From contig JAZRKK010000065.1 in NCBI GenBank assembly GCA_045646305.1, positions 11,660 through 75,659 on the forward strand: DNA of 64,000 bases, written 5' to 3'. The notes under the pieces were generated by a model, which worked only from the letters and a program-made list of their open reading frames with translations, was not told the origin of the DNA and made no database searches. Made by a program: the position numbers and the translations under genes. Positions 39,458-48,972 of the stretch are shown here, in pieces; positions within the stretch are counted from its first letter, which is position 1, and every line of letters begins with the position of its first letter. The DNA is from Acutalibacteraceae bacterium. Lineage in GTDB: Bacteria; Bacillota; Clostridia; Oscillospirales; Acutalibacteraceae.

Positions 39458-40480
39458 TTACTGTATAGTTGGCTTGCAGGTTGTTTTGTCAGCAATGCAA
39501 ACCCATGAATTACCAGCGCTTACTTTAATTTCGTTACCATCGGTATCAGTAAATTTAAATCCATCAGAATCCTTGCCCTTTGACCATTTTATAAACTGAA
39601 CAGTACCGTTTGTAATGTAGTAACCATCGCCGTTTGAGAATTCAACCTTACGATGTTTGCCATCAGGATAGTTAGATATTGTTGTAAGAAGAACAAACAC
39701 GTTTTTAACTTGTGCTTCTGCTTTTGTGTAATAGTCAGTAACAACTGTGCTTCCTGTAAGTCTTGTATAAAGACCTGTTTCAGCATTGTATGTGAAGTTG
39801 GTCTTTTGTGCTGGGAATGGAACCTGAACATCTGTAGCAGCGCCGCCATCAAGAGCAAGTTCTTCTTCAGTAAAGTTTACCCAAGTATCAACATTTGAAG
39901 CTGCCATATCAAATTTTCCATCAATGTTTTCCCACAAATCTTTTGCGATAGCATAAAGAGTATGTTCGCTTTGAAGACCATTTGGAATTCTCTGAGCGCC
40001 CAAAGAGTTTGTATCAATGCTGATATGATCTAAATCTTTAAGATGTGGTTCGCAGTATGTTGGGTCTTGTCCACAATGAATATAAACAGCATCGTGTCCC
40101 ATTGCCAAATCAACATAAGGATAACGAGCGGAACGAACAGAACCGATTTTTTCAAGTTTTGTTATATCTTGATAAACAGCCATAAGACGTGTAATGCCGC
40201 CCTCAACTTCGGTTTCATAAACGATATCAGCATCAGCTATACCTGTTTGAACCTTTTGAGCAACGCTTACATTGTTCACCATAATAGCAACTGGACGCTG
40301 TTTTATAGCCTCGGCTGATACATCCTTAATGCCTGTAAGAGGGTTAACAGAAAGTTCTTTTCCATCATCTTGAGTCACACCTTCGTAATTTGAAAGATTG
40401 TCATACACAACCTTTTGGTTACAACCCACAGCAAATATCATAAGCACAGCTAAAATAGCCGCTAAAAATTTTTTGAACAT
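39458..40480 (-). CDS. DUF3048-family lipoprotein (YerB-like)
   Basis: The start was moved to ATG 40480 (GGGGGA 6 nt upstream). Lipobox in MFKKFLAAILAVLMIFAVGC. The NPLTG...RPVAIMVNN pattern is typical of DUF3048. Confidence 0.7.
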   Translation of the reverse strand: MFKKFLAAILAVLMIFAVGCNQKVVYDNLSNYEGVTQDDGKELSVNPLTGIKDVSAEAIKQRPVAIMVNNVSVAQKVQTGIADADIVYETEVEGGITRLMAVYQDITKLEKIGSVRSARYPYVDLAMGHDAVYIHCGQDPTYCEPHLKDLDHISIDTNSLGAQRIPNGLQSEHTLYAIAKDLWENIDGKFDMAASNVDTWVNFTEEELALDGGAATDVQVPFPAQKTNFTYNAETGLYTRLTGSTVVTDYYTKAEAQVKNVFVLLTTISNYPDGKHRKVEFSNGDGYYITNGTVQFIKWSKGKDSDGFKFTDTDGNEIKVSAGNSWVCIADKTTCKPTIQ

Positions 40481-40631
40481 AAAAAATCCCCCAAATAAAT
40501 TTATATCTAACATTATAATATTTCGCTGCTATGTTTTCAAGGGTTTAAACAAAAATTTTTATATAAATTTTAATATATTTGGTATTGTTTATTTTACTGA
40601 TATACTGTATAATGGATTTGATTAGAGAAAA

Positions 40632-41789
40632 ATGGAGTGTTATGTTTTGAGCAAAACAATATATTTAGACAATAGCGCAACAACAAAACCTTGCGAAAAA
40701 ACTATAAAAAACATAAATATTGCGCTTGTCGATACTTGGGGAAATCCATCAAGTCTTTACGACATGGGATTTCACGCTCAAAAACTTGTTGACCAAACAA
40801 GAAAATCTGTTTCTTCTCTACTTAAATGCAACGAAAACGAAATATATTTTGTCGGCAGCGGCACCGAAGGAAATAACACCGCCTTACTAGGCGCGGCTTA
40901 TGCACGAAAAAAACGTGGCAACAGAATTGTAACAACCTCTATCGAACATCCATCTGTTTTGGAAACTGTTAAGCGCCTTGAAAACGAAGGCTTTGAAGTA
41001 GTTTTTGTAAAACCACAATCAAACGGCGTTGTATCGGTTGAAGATTTAAAAAATGCAATCAATAAAGATACTATCCTTGTTAGTATTATGCTCGTTAACA
41101 ACGAAACAGGTGCAATCCAACCTGTAAAAGATGTCGCAAATATAATCAAAACCTCAAATGCACCCGCGCTGCTTCACTGTGATGGTGTACAGGCTTTTGG
41201 TAAAATGCCCATAAACATTAACGAATTGGGTGTTGATTTGTTTACTGCGAGTGGTCATAAAATTCACGGACCAAAAGGCGTAGGCATTCTTTACATCAAA
41301 AAAGGAGTTACAATAAAACCTTTGGTTACCGGTGGCGGACAAGAAAAAAATATGCGTTCAGGCACCGAATCGGTACCACTGATTTACGGACTTGATGGCG
41401 CAATTGATAGTCTTGGTAATATAAACGAAGCTTTAAAGTCGCAAAAAGAAATCCATAACTACGCAAAAGAAACGCTTGTTAGCACTGGATTAGTTACAAT
41501 AAATTCTCCCGAAGATGCGCTACCTTATATTTTAAATATCTCGGTAAACGGATACCGCTCGGAAACGTTGCTTCATTTTCTAGAGGCGCAAAGAGTCTAC
41601 GTATCATCTGGTAGTGCTTGTGCCAAAGGCGAAGGCAGTTACGTTTTGCGTGAAATGGGACTTAGCAAAAACACCGTTGATTCAGCGCTACGCATTAGTT
41701 TTTCACGCGATAACACAAAAGAAGATATCGATGTGCTAAAAGAAGCGCTCATCACAGCAACTCAAAAATTAAGAAGGTCTACAAAATGA
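40632..41789 (+). CDS. Cysteine desulfurase (NifS/IscS class V aminotransferase)
   Basis: 385 aa. IYLDNSATTKP, the SGHKIHGPKG PLP-lysine motif, and SSGSACA catalytic Cys. The start is uncertain (an alternative TTG lies 18 nt downstream). Confidence 0.85.
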   Translation: MECYVLSKTIYLDNSATTKPCEKTIKNINIALVDTWGNPSSLYDMGFHAQKLVDQTRKSVSSLLKCNENEIYFVGSGTEGNNTALLGAAYARKKRGNRIVTTSIEHPSVLETVKRLENEGFEVVFVKPQSNGVVSVEDLKNAINKDTILVSIMLVNNETGAIQPVKDVANIIKTSNAPALLHCDGVQAFGKMPININELGVDLFTASGHKIHGPKGVGILYIKKGVTIKPLVTGGGQEKNMRSGTESVPLIYGLDGAIDSLGNINEALKSQKEIHNYAKETLVSTGLVTINSPEDALPYILNISVNGYRSETLLHFLEAQRVYVSSGSACAKGEGSYVLREMGLSKNTVDSALRISFSRDNTKEDIDVLKEALITATQKLRRSTK

Positions 41790-42955
41790 AAGAAATTATA
41801 CTTATAAAAGATGGCGAACTAGCCCTTAAAGGTCTTAATCGCCGACAATTTGAAGATAAAATGGTGGGTACTATTCGCCGCAGACTTAAAAGTTTGGGCA
41901 AGGTAGTTGTCGAACGCGCTCAATCCACAATTTATATTAAACCACAAGATGATGATTTTGATTTTGCTGAAGCGCTTGATCGCATGAGCCGTATATTTGG
42001 TATTGCGGCATTCAGTCGTGCTTGTGTTTGCGAAAAAAATATGGATGATATTTTATCAAAAGCTCCCGAGTATCTTTCCGATACTCTTCGCAACATCAAA
42101 ACATTTAAGGTTGAAGCAAAACGCGCAGACAAAAACTTTCCTTTAAAATCACCCGAGATTTGCCGTGAGGTTGGTGGTGCTATTCTTCGTGCATTCCCCC
42201 ATCTTCGCGTTGATGTTCACAATCCTGACGAAATTATTACTGTCGAAGTGCGTGATTATGCGGCTTACGTTCGCGGTGGTCAGATAAAAGGCGCCGGTGG
42301 TTTACCTGTTGGCACAGCAGGTCGTGCTCAAGTTTTAATTTCAGGCGGTATTGATAGTCCTGTTGCGGCATACACAATGGCAAAACGTGGACTTGTGCTT
42401 AATGCGATTCATTTTGCTTCTCCTCCTTACACAAGCATTCGCGCAGAACAAAAAGTTCGCGATTTGCTTGGAAAGGTTGCTCGATACAGCGGTGTTATAA
42501 AACTTGCAATAGTTCCATTTACTGAAATTCAAGAAGAAATTGGCAAACATTGCCCCGAAGATTATTTCACACTTGTAATGAGACGTATGATGATGCGAAT
42601 TGCATGTCGTGTATCCGAAGCAGATGGATGTTTAGGACTTGTAACAGGCGAAAGTTTAGGTCAAGTAGCAAGTCAAACATTACCTGCTATTGCCGCTACC
42701 GATGAAGTGTGTACTATGCCTGTACTTCGCCCACTCATCGGCATGGACAAAGAAGAGATTATTGCTATTTCTAAAAAGATAGATGCTTTCGATATATCAA
42801 TACTTCCTTACGAGGATTGCTGCACTGTGTTTACACCAAAGCACCCTCACACAAAACCTAAAAAAGGTCAATGTGAAGAAGCAGAAAAAAACCTTGATAT
42901 AGAACCTCTTATTGAACGCGCTATAGCAGGAATAGAATATTCGTATATAGAATAA
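41786..42955 (+). CDS. thiI: tRNA 4-thiouridine(8) synthase
   Basis: 389 aa. THUMP-like N-terminal half and a PP-loop SGGIDSPVA. The start overlaps the desulfurase stop. Confidence 0.85.
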   Translation: MKEIILIKDGELALKGLNRRQFEDKMVGTIRRRLKSLGKVVVERAQSTIYIKPQDDDFDFAEALDRMSRIFGIAAFSRACVCEKNMDDILSKAPEYLSDTLRNIKTFKVEAKRADKNFPLKSPEICREVGGAILRAFPHLRVDVHNPDEIITVEVRDYAAYVRGGQIKGAGGLPVGTAGRAQVLISGGIDSPVAAYTMAKRGLVLNAIHFASPPYTSIRAEQKVRDLLGKVARYSGVIKLAIVPFTEIQEEIGKHCPEDYFTLVMRRMMMRIACRVSEADGCLGLVTGESLGQVASQTLPAIAATDEVCTMPVLRPLIGMDKEEIIAISKKIDAFDISILPYEDCCTVFTPKHPHTKPKKGQCEEAEKNLDIEPLIERAIAGIEYSYIE

Positions 42956-42974
42956 TATTTAAAAGTGGGAAAAT

Positions 42975-43889
42975 ATGGCAGGAAAACATTCAAGAAATTT
43001 TTTCGAAAAGAAAAGCGAAAGTGTTAAAAAAGTTTTAGATGCAAATTCTCAAACACAACATAACATTTCAACACCTTTCAAAGTAATAATATCCATAACT
43101 GCATTAGCCTTATGCGTTTCACTTGTTTTAGTTTGCGCTTATTTCATACCTGGCAAACTTCACGAAAATTTGTTGCGCACAGCCGAAACTCGATTCGAAA
43201 ACGGATCTACTCATCAAGAAGGTTTGCAGATACTAGAAAGTTATAACAGTGATATTAAAGCTTGGCTTAAAATCGACTCATTGGGTATTAACTACGCGGT
43301 ATGTCAAAGTGACAACGACAGTTACTATATGAATCACAACCAAGATGGCAAAAAAAGTCGTTATGGTGCATTGTTTTTATCATCGACCGACACATTTAAA
43401 CGCAATGGAGATAAAAACATTGTTATATTTGGCAACAACATGAAAGATGGCTCTATGTTTGGGTCGCTAAAAAAATATCGCAATCTTAACTTTTACAAAC
43501 AAAATCCTAGTTTTGAACTTTATTACGAAGACAAGGATGAAAGTTATGTAGTTTTTGCGGTTATGTTAATTTCCTCATTGGATAATGACTCAGGAAATTA
43601 CAATCCATCAAAAAGTTATTTTATAGATCAAAACGAATTTAATCAGTGGTTTACTGAAACCCAAAGCCGCAGTATTATAAGCACAAATGTTACCGTGAAT
43701 TATGGCGATGAGTTTTTAAGCTTAGTAACCCCAGCAAACGACTTTGATGGTGCAAGACTTGTTGTTTTGGCTAAAAAAAGCACCCCTTGGGAAATTTCTC
43801 AAACCGATACCGAAAGTGCAAGATTTAATTCCAATATTAAATATCCGAAAATTTGGTATACCGAAAGAGGTCTTGAGTACCCATATTAA
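42975..43889 (+). CDS. Class B sortase homologue lacking the catalytic His and Cys (pseudo-sortase)
   Basis: 304 aa. N-terminal TM anchor and the SrtB signatures WLKIDSLGINYAVCQ and MKDGSMFGSLKKY. However, IFGNNM sits where SrtB has YGHNM (codon 43434-43436 = AAC), and SLVTPAND sits where SrtB has TLSTC (codon 43731-43733 = CCA). The downstream Arg (GARLVVLAKK) is retained. Confidence 0.7.
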   Translation: MAGKHSRNFFEKKSESVKKVLDANSQTQHNISTPFKVIISITALALCVSLVLVCAYFIPGKLHENLLRTAETRFENGSTHQEGLQILESYNSDIKAWLKIDSLGINYAVCQSDNDSYYMNHNQDGKKSRYGALFLSSTDTFKRNGDKNIVIFGNNMKDGSMFGSLKKYRNLNFYKQNPSFELYYEDKDESYVVFAVMLISSLDNDSGNYNPSKSYFIDQNEFNQWFTETQSRSIISTNVTVNYGDEFLSLVTPANDFDGARLVVLAKKSTPWEISQTDTESARFNSNIKYPKIWYTERGLEYPY

Positions 43890-43914
43890 ATAAAAAAATG
43901 AAAGGAACACTAAA

Positions 43915-44919
43915 ATGATACAAAATTTAAAGGTGGACATTATTTATCATTCTACTCCTTCCGATTTTGAAATGGAATTTAATTTATGTGGTTGTTGTAG
44001 AATGCGATTACTAAACGATAAGACTACTGATAAAAAAGCCTTTATCAAATCTTTGACAACCGCTGTTTCACGCAGCCGTGTGATAATTGCCTGTGGCCCT
44101 CTTTTTGGCGCTGAAGGACTTATAAAAACAGTCGCAAAAGCAATTGGAAGTCACGCTACACCTTGCGACAATGCAACCTATGGCATAAAAAGCGATGAAA
44201 TAATCGAAATCATCGGCGGCTCAACACCTTTGGTGACACCTGATGGTTATTTTGGTGGATGTATTATTGAAAGTGGTCCACAAACAATTGTTTTGCTTAC
44301 CGAAAATCGCAATTTCCGCAAGGCAATAATGCAAAATCTTATTCATCCATATATTGAAGAACTTTGCTACACTCCAACAAAATCGGTTATCTCAGCTCCC
44401 GCCAACCAAAGCGAACCTGTAACTGAATATATAACCGAACCTGATTTAGAGTACGATACCGAAACAGATGTAGTTGAAAACGTGTACGAAGCATCATCTT
44501 CAACCGATGAAAATGTTGTTGAATTTGTTATGGATGAAGATGTTGAAGATAACACAAATGAAGATTCTCAAGAAACCACACCTCAAAACGATGCTTTCTT
44601 TGATAACTTATACACCGCAATCGAGTCAAAAGAGGAGATAAAAGAAAGATATGAACATCCTTATGTTCCCTCTGAAAGTGACAATATGTTTTTGACAACT
44701 ATTCAACCAACGGATGATGATTATGAGGATACCCACGCTCATTCAAACGCAGATCTAAAAGCTATGAACGTATCAATTGTAATCCTTGTTTTGCTTTTAT
44801 TATTATCTATTTTGGCACTTGTTTATCTTGTTGTGCTAAAGCCAATGACTATGGGTGTTTCAAGTGCAGATTATATCAAAGAAATTTTCAATATTGCAAA
44901 TAGCAGTACGCTGGTTTAA
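43915..44919 (+). CDS. Hypothetical protein: N-terminal CinA/MoCF-like fold (weak similarity), acidic linker, C-terminal TM anchor
   Basis: 334 aa. VIIACGPLFGAEGLIKTVAKAIG weakly resembles the CinA N-domain. The linker is Asp/Glu-rich, and there is a C-terminal helix VSIVILVLLLLLSILALVYLVVL. Confidence 0.5.
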   Translation: MIQNLKVDIIYHSTPSDFEMEFNLCGCCRMRLLNDKTTDKKAFIKSLTTAVSRSRVIIACGPLFGAEGLIKTVAKAIGSHATPCDNATYGIKSDEIIEIIGGSTPLVTPDGYFGGCIIESGPQTIVLLTENRNFRKAIMQNLIHPYIEELCYTPTKSVISAPANQSEPVTEYITEPDLEYDTETDVVENVYEASSSTDENVVEFVMDEDVEDNTNEDSQETTPQNDAFFDNLYTAIESKEEIKERYEHPYVPSESDNMFLTTIQPTDDDYEDTHAHSNADLKAMNVSIVILVLLLLLSILALVYLVVLKPMTMGVSSADYIKEIFNIANSSTLV

Positions 44920-44931
44920 AGGAGTTAGTTT

Positions 44932-45408
44932 ATGAACTTATGGAGTAGTACCATAGGCAAAATATTTATGACATTTATAATCTCGATGGTGCCTGTAATC
45001 GAGCTTCGAGGAGCTATTCCAATCGCTGTTGGAAATGGCCTTGAATATTGGATTGCCGTTCTTGTTGCTATCATTGGAAATCTTCTTCCTGTACCATTTA
45101 TTATTTTGTTTATTAGAAAAATATTTGAGCTTATGCGTAAATGGTCATCAAAGCTTGACAGTCTTGTTACCAAACTTGAAAAACGTGCCGAAAGCAAATC
45201 AGATGTTGTTCAAAAATATGCTTTTTGGGGATTGTTTCTTTTAGTTGCAATCCCACTCCCAGGAACAGGTGCTTGGACGGGCGCTTTGGTTGCGGCAATG
45301 CTTGATATGCGACTTAAACGCGCATTCCCGGCAATAGCGCTTGGTGTTATCGGTGCCGCAGCAATAGTAACATTCGTTACATTCGGCGCTGATAAATTGT
45401 TCTTTTAA
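44932..45408 (+). CDS. Small multidrug-export-family membrane protein (COG2426)
   Basis: 158 aa, about 4 TM helices. The MVPVIELRGAIPIA motif is typical of the Sm_multidrug_ex family. Confidence 0.65.
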   Translation: MNLWSSTIGKIFMTFIISMVPVIELRGAIPIAVGNGLEYWIAVLVAIIGNLLPVPFIILFIRKIFELMRKWSSKLDSLVTKLEKRAESKSDVVQKYAFWGLFLLVAIPLPGTGAWTGALVAAMLDMRLKRAFPAIALGVIGAAAIVTFVTFGADKLFF

Positions 45409-45426
45409 TTTAGTATTAAAATTTTT

Positions 45427-45458
45427 AAAAGTCTTTAGGAATTTTCCTAAAGACTTTT
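45427..45458 (+). terminator. Rho-independent terminator
   Basis: Stem AAAAGTCTTTAGG/CCTAAAGACTTTT followed by a T-run. Confidence 0.75.
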
Positions 45459-45537
45459 TTATTTATTAAATATCATTTATATTTCACTTTTAAAAATCAT
45501 AAAATGTATTAAACTAAACATACATAAGGGTGATATT

Positions 45538-46056
45538 ATGCGAGAAAAAACTCCACAAGATTATGCTAACGAACTTTTGAAAATGTATCGCGAAAACGCA
45601 GAAGTTTTAGATAATACTCAACAACTAGCTCCACAGAAACCAACATTGCCGACAACATCTTTTGAAGATGGAACAGGCGGTTTGCAAATAAATGCAACAA
45701 CTCTTAGCCGACTCTACCCTGTAAAAAATGCACTTGTAACAGTTTTTACAGGAAATCCCGATAATATGACAGTTATTGAAACAGGCATCACCGATGAAAG
45801 TGGAAAAACCGATGTCTTTAACCTTAAAACGCCGCCTCGTGCTGACTCACAACAAGCTGAAAACGGAGGCAATACACCTTATGCTAGTTACAATGTTTCG
45901 GTACGAAGCGATGGCTATGTAGAACAAATCGCCATGAATGTGCCTGTTTTCCCTGGTGTTGTTTCGGTTCAAGGAGTTGACCTTTTGCCAATATCTGCTG
46001 CGGGTAACAACACAAGCCCTCAAATAATCCAAGAAGGCAACAACTACAACTTGTAG
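45538..46056 (+). CDS. Protein resembling the N-terminal pre-pro region of the SleC-type spore cortex-lytic enzyme
   Basis: 172 aa. The pattern NALVTVF...DESGKTDVFNLKTPP...PYASYNVSVRSDGY matches my recollection of the SleC N-terminal (carboxypeptidase-regulatory-like) segment. It sits 14 nt upstream of the SleC-core-like gene. Confidence 0.45.
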   Translation: MREKTPQDYANELLKMYRENAEVLDNTQQLAPQKPTLPTTSFEDGTGGLQINATTLSRLYPVKNALVTVFTGNPDNMTVIETGITDESGKTDVFNLKTPPRADSQQAENGGNTPYASYNVSVRSDGYVEQIAMNVPVFPGVVSVQGVDLLPISAAGNNTSPQIIQEGNNYNL

Positions 46057-46070
46057 AAAGGTTTGATTTT

Positions 46071-47432
46071 ATGCCCGAGGTATTAACACCCGTTATTCCA
46101 CAAAACATAACCGTACATTTGGGCGCTCCTGATGCAGCAGCCCAAAACGTTACTGTAAACTTCGTTGACTATATAAAAAATGTTGCCTCTAGTGAGATTT
46201 ATCCCACTTGGCCCGAAGATGCCATCAGAGCCAACATTTACGCTATTATCAGTTTTGCTCTCAATCGAATATATACCGAATGGTACCCATCGCAAAATTA
46301 TAACTTTGACATAACCAATTCCACAGCATTTGACCAAGCCTTTGTACCGAACCGAGAAATTTTTGAAAATATAAGCGTTATTGTAGATGATATTTTTAAT
46401 GATTATGTAGTCCGCCAAGGCGAAATACAACCGCTCTTTACCCAATTTTGCAACGGAACAACATCGCGCTGTGACGGACTTTCACAATGGGGAACAGTTG
46501 ACCTTGCGCGAGCAGGACTTACACCCTACCAAATTTTACAAAACTATTATGGTCAAGATATCGGCATAGTTGAAAATGCACCTATTTCCGAAATAGAATC
46601 TTCTTATCCCGGAGTCCCACTTCGAGTTGGCGACTCGGGAAATAATGTAAAAATCATTCAAACCGAGCTTAATCGCATTGCGCAAAACTATCCAGCCATA
46701 CCTAAAATACGAGCGGAGAACGGTATTTTCGGTGTTGATACCGAAGATTCTGTTCGCAAATTTCAAGAAATTTTCGGTCTTCCTCAAACAGGTGAAGTCG
46801 ACAAAGCGACATGGTACAAGATAAAGCGATACTACGTTGGTGTAAAAGGTCTTTCCGAACTCGTTAGCGAAGGGGTAAGCATCAGCGAAGCTCAAATCCC
46901 CTTTTCCACTCAGCTACGCGAAGGCTCACAAGGAATCGGTGTAAAGACTGTTCAATATTATCTTAATATCTTAGCGTATTTCAATCCATCACTTACAGCA
47001 CCACCTCTTGACAGCATTTATGGACCTTCCACCACAAACGCAGTTCGTGTTTTTCAGCAATATTATGGTTTGCCTGTAACAGGTGTCGTTAACACAGCCA
47101 CCTGGAATGTGCTTAATCGCATATATTCCGAAACGGTAGAGTTTTTGCCTGAGGGCTATTCGGGGCAATTTGCCAAGCTTTATCCAGGCTATCTTTTAAG
47201 CGAAGGTATGAGCGGAGAAAATGTTCGTGATTTACAAACATATCTTTCCCTTATCGGACAAAATCTTTCGGCCATTCCTATAATACCCGTAACCGGATAT
47301 TTCGGTCCGCAAACACGTGCGGCAGTAATCGCATTTCAAAATGCATTTGGCATAAACCCAACCGGTGCTGTCGGTGCGGTTACATGGAACACAATTGCAC
47401 AGCAATATGATTTTTTAATAGGCGACAACTAA
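46071..47432 (+). CDS. SleC-like spore cortex-lytic enzyme core with three peptidoglycan-binding (PG_binding_1) repeats
   Basis: 453 aa. YIKNVASSEIYPTWPEDAIRANIYAIISFALNRIYTEWY matches the conserved SleC core as I remember it. Three repeats of the type G..G..V..[IL]Q..LN..(5-8 aa)..P.I...G.[FY]G..T..AV..FQ..[FY]GL..TG.V...TW. Confidence 0.6.
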   Translation: MPEVLTPVIPQNITVHLGAPDAAAQNVTVNFVDYIKNVASSEIYPTWPEDAIRANIYAIISFALNRIYTEWYPSQNYNFDITNSTAFDQAFVPNREIFENISVIVDDIFNDYVVRQGEIQPLFTQFCNGTTSRCDGLSQWGTVDLARAGLTPYQILQNYYGQDIGIVENAPISEIESSYPGVPLRVGDSGNNVKIIQTELNRIAQNYPAIPKIRAENGIFGVDTEDSVRKFQEIFGLPQTGEVDKATWYKIKRYYVGVKGLSELVSEGVSISEAQIPFSTQLREGSQGIGVKTVQYYLNILAYFNPSLTAPPLDSIYGPSTTNAVRVFQQYYGLPVTGVVNTATWNVLNRIYSETVEFLPEGYSGQFAKLYPGYLLSEGMSGENVRDLQTYLSLIGQNLSAIPIIPVTGYFGPQTRAAVIAFQNAFGINPTGAVGAVTWNTIAQQYDFLIGDN

Positions 47433-47439
47433 TAATAAT

Positions 47440-48972
47440 TTGTTGATTTTTGCAAAAGATAATACAAAAACAAAAGTTGGGAGAATTGTATTGTCTGGCA
47501 GTGTAAGTGATTATAAAAACGTTTTTTTGAGTGGTAATATTGATAAAGATATCGCACTTTTTAAAGATATTTTTAGTCGAGATGCGGTGCTAAGAACACG
47601 CGAAATTTTAATTAGCGAACAACTAAAATGTTGCCTTGTTTATATGGATGGTATGGTAAATTCAAGCATTCAAGGTGAAATGGTAGTAGAAGCATTAGTC
47701 GAAAGCGTACTACCAACAAATCAAACCATCACCTGTGACTTTATCGCAAAAAACTTGCTCTTTGCAAACGAGGTCGCCGAAACCGACAGTTTGCCCGATA
47801 TGCTACGGGCAATACTTTATGGTGATACAGTGCTCATCGCCGATAATAACAAGTCAGCGCTAACCATCAACACAAAAGGTTGGCGCACACGCGGCATCAA
47901 AGAGCCCGATTCCGAGCGTGTGCTTCAAGGTCCGCGTGAAGGTTTTGATGAAGCAGCTATGTTTAACCTTGCTATGATACGCCGAAAACTTCTTACACCC
48001 GACCTTTGTATCGAGCTGATTAGAATTGGTCGCCGTAGCGATACGCCGGTTTTTATTTGTTATCTTGGCTCTCTTGCAAATCCCGACACAGTAAAAGAAC
48101 TCAAAAATCGCCTTAAAAAAATAGACATTGATGGAATTCTTGATAGCAACTACATTGCCGAAAATATACGCGATTGTCGGCATAGTCTTTTAAAAACAAC
48201 TGGTTCTACCGAACGCCCCGACATTGTTGCGGCACGACTTCTTGAGGGAAGAATTGCGCTTGTGGTAGATGGAACACCTGTTGTGATGACATTACCATAT
48301 TTGTTTTCTGAAAATTTTCAATCGGATGAGGATTATTATATAAATTTTATGTTGGCATCTCTTGCTAGGGTTTTGAGGTGGTTTTGTTTTTTTGTAACAG
48401 TTAGCGTACCCGGTGTTTTTGTGGCATTAGTTACCCACCATTTTGACCTTTTGCCTACTCACTTTGCCTTGACTGTCGCGCGGCTTCGCTCGGGAGTTCC
48501 AATTTCGAGCGCAGTAGAATGTTTAAGCCTTATTTTAGCATTCGAAATTTTAAAAGAAGCAGGACTTCGCATGCCGCAAAACCTCGGCCACGCGCTAAGC
48601 GTAGTCGGTGGTTTGGTTGTCGGACAAGCCGCTGTTGAAGCGGGAATTATAAGTGCGCCTATGCTAATAGCTGTGTCTTTCAGCGCAATAGCCGGACTTA
48701 TGGTACCAAGGCTTATGAGTGCTGTGTTTTACTGGCGCATATTTATTGTTGTAATGTGTGCTGTGTTTGGTTTGTATGGATTTTTTATTGCTTCAACTGT
48801 ATTTATTTTACGAGTGTTTAGTATAAAATCATTTGGCGTAGATTATACCGAAGCTATTGTTAACCCCAATTTTCAATCATTAAAAGACACCTTTTTTCGA
48901 GCATCTTGGCGCAGTATGAAAACCCGACCACCATTTAACAAAAACAAGGTTCGAAAGGGGAATATCAAATGA
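47440..48972 (+). CDS. Spore germination protein, GerA family A subunit
   Basis: 510 aa. LLEGRIALVVDGTPVVMTLPYLF signature and a C-terminal TM bundle. The start is uncertain; TTG 47491 has a GGGAGA RBS. Confidence 0.85.
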   Translation: MLIFAKDNTKTKVGRIVLSGSVSDYKNVFLSGNIDKDIALFKDIFSRDAVLRTREILISEQLKCCLVYMDGMVNSSIQGEMVVEALVESVLPTNQTITCDFIAKNLLFANEVAETDSLPDMLRAILYGDTVLIADNNKSALTINTKGWRTRGIKEPDSERVLQGPREGFDEAAMFNLAMIRRKLLTPDLCIELIRIGRRSDTPVFICYLGSLANPDTVKELKNRLKKIDIDGILDSNYIAENIRDCRHSLLKTTGSTERPDIVAARLLEGRIALVVDGTPVVMTLPYLFSENFQSDEDYYINFMLASLARVLRWFCFFVTVSVPGVFVALVTHHFDLLPTHFALTVARLRSGVPISSAVECLSLILAFEILKEAGLRMPQNLGHALSVVGGLVVGQAAVEAGIISAPMLIAVSFSAIAGLMVPRLMSAVFYWRIFIVVMCAVFGLYGFFIASTVFILRVFSIKSFGVDYTEAIVNPNFQSLKDTFFRASWRSMKTRPPFNKNKVRKGNIK

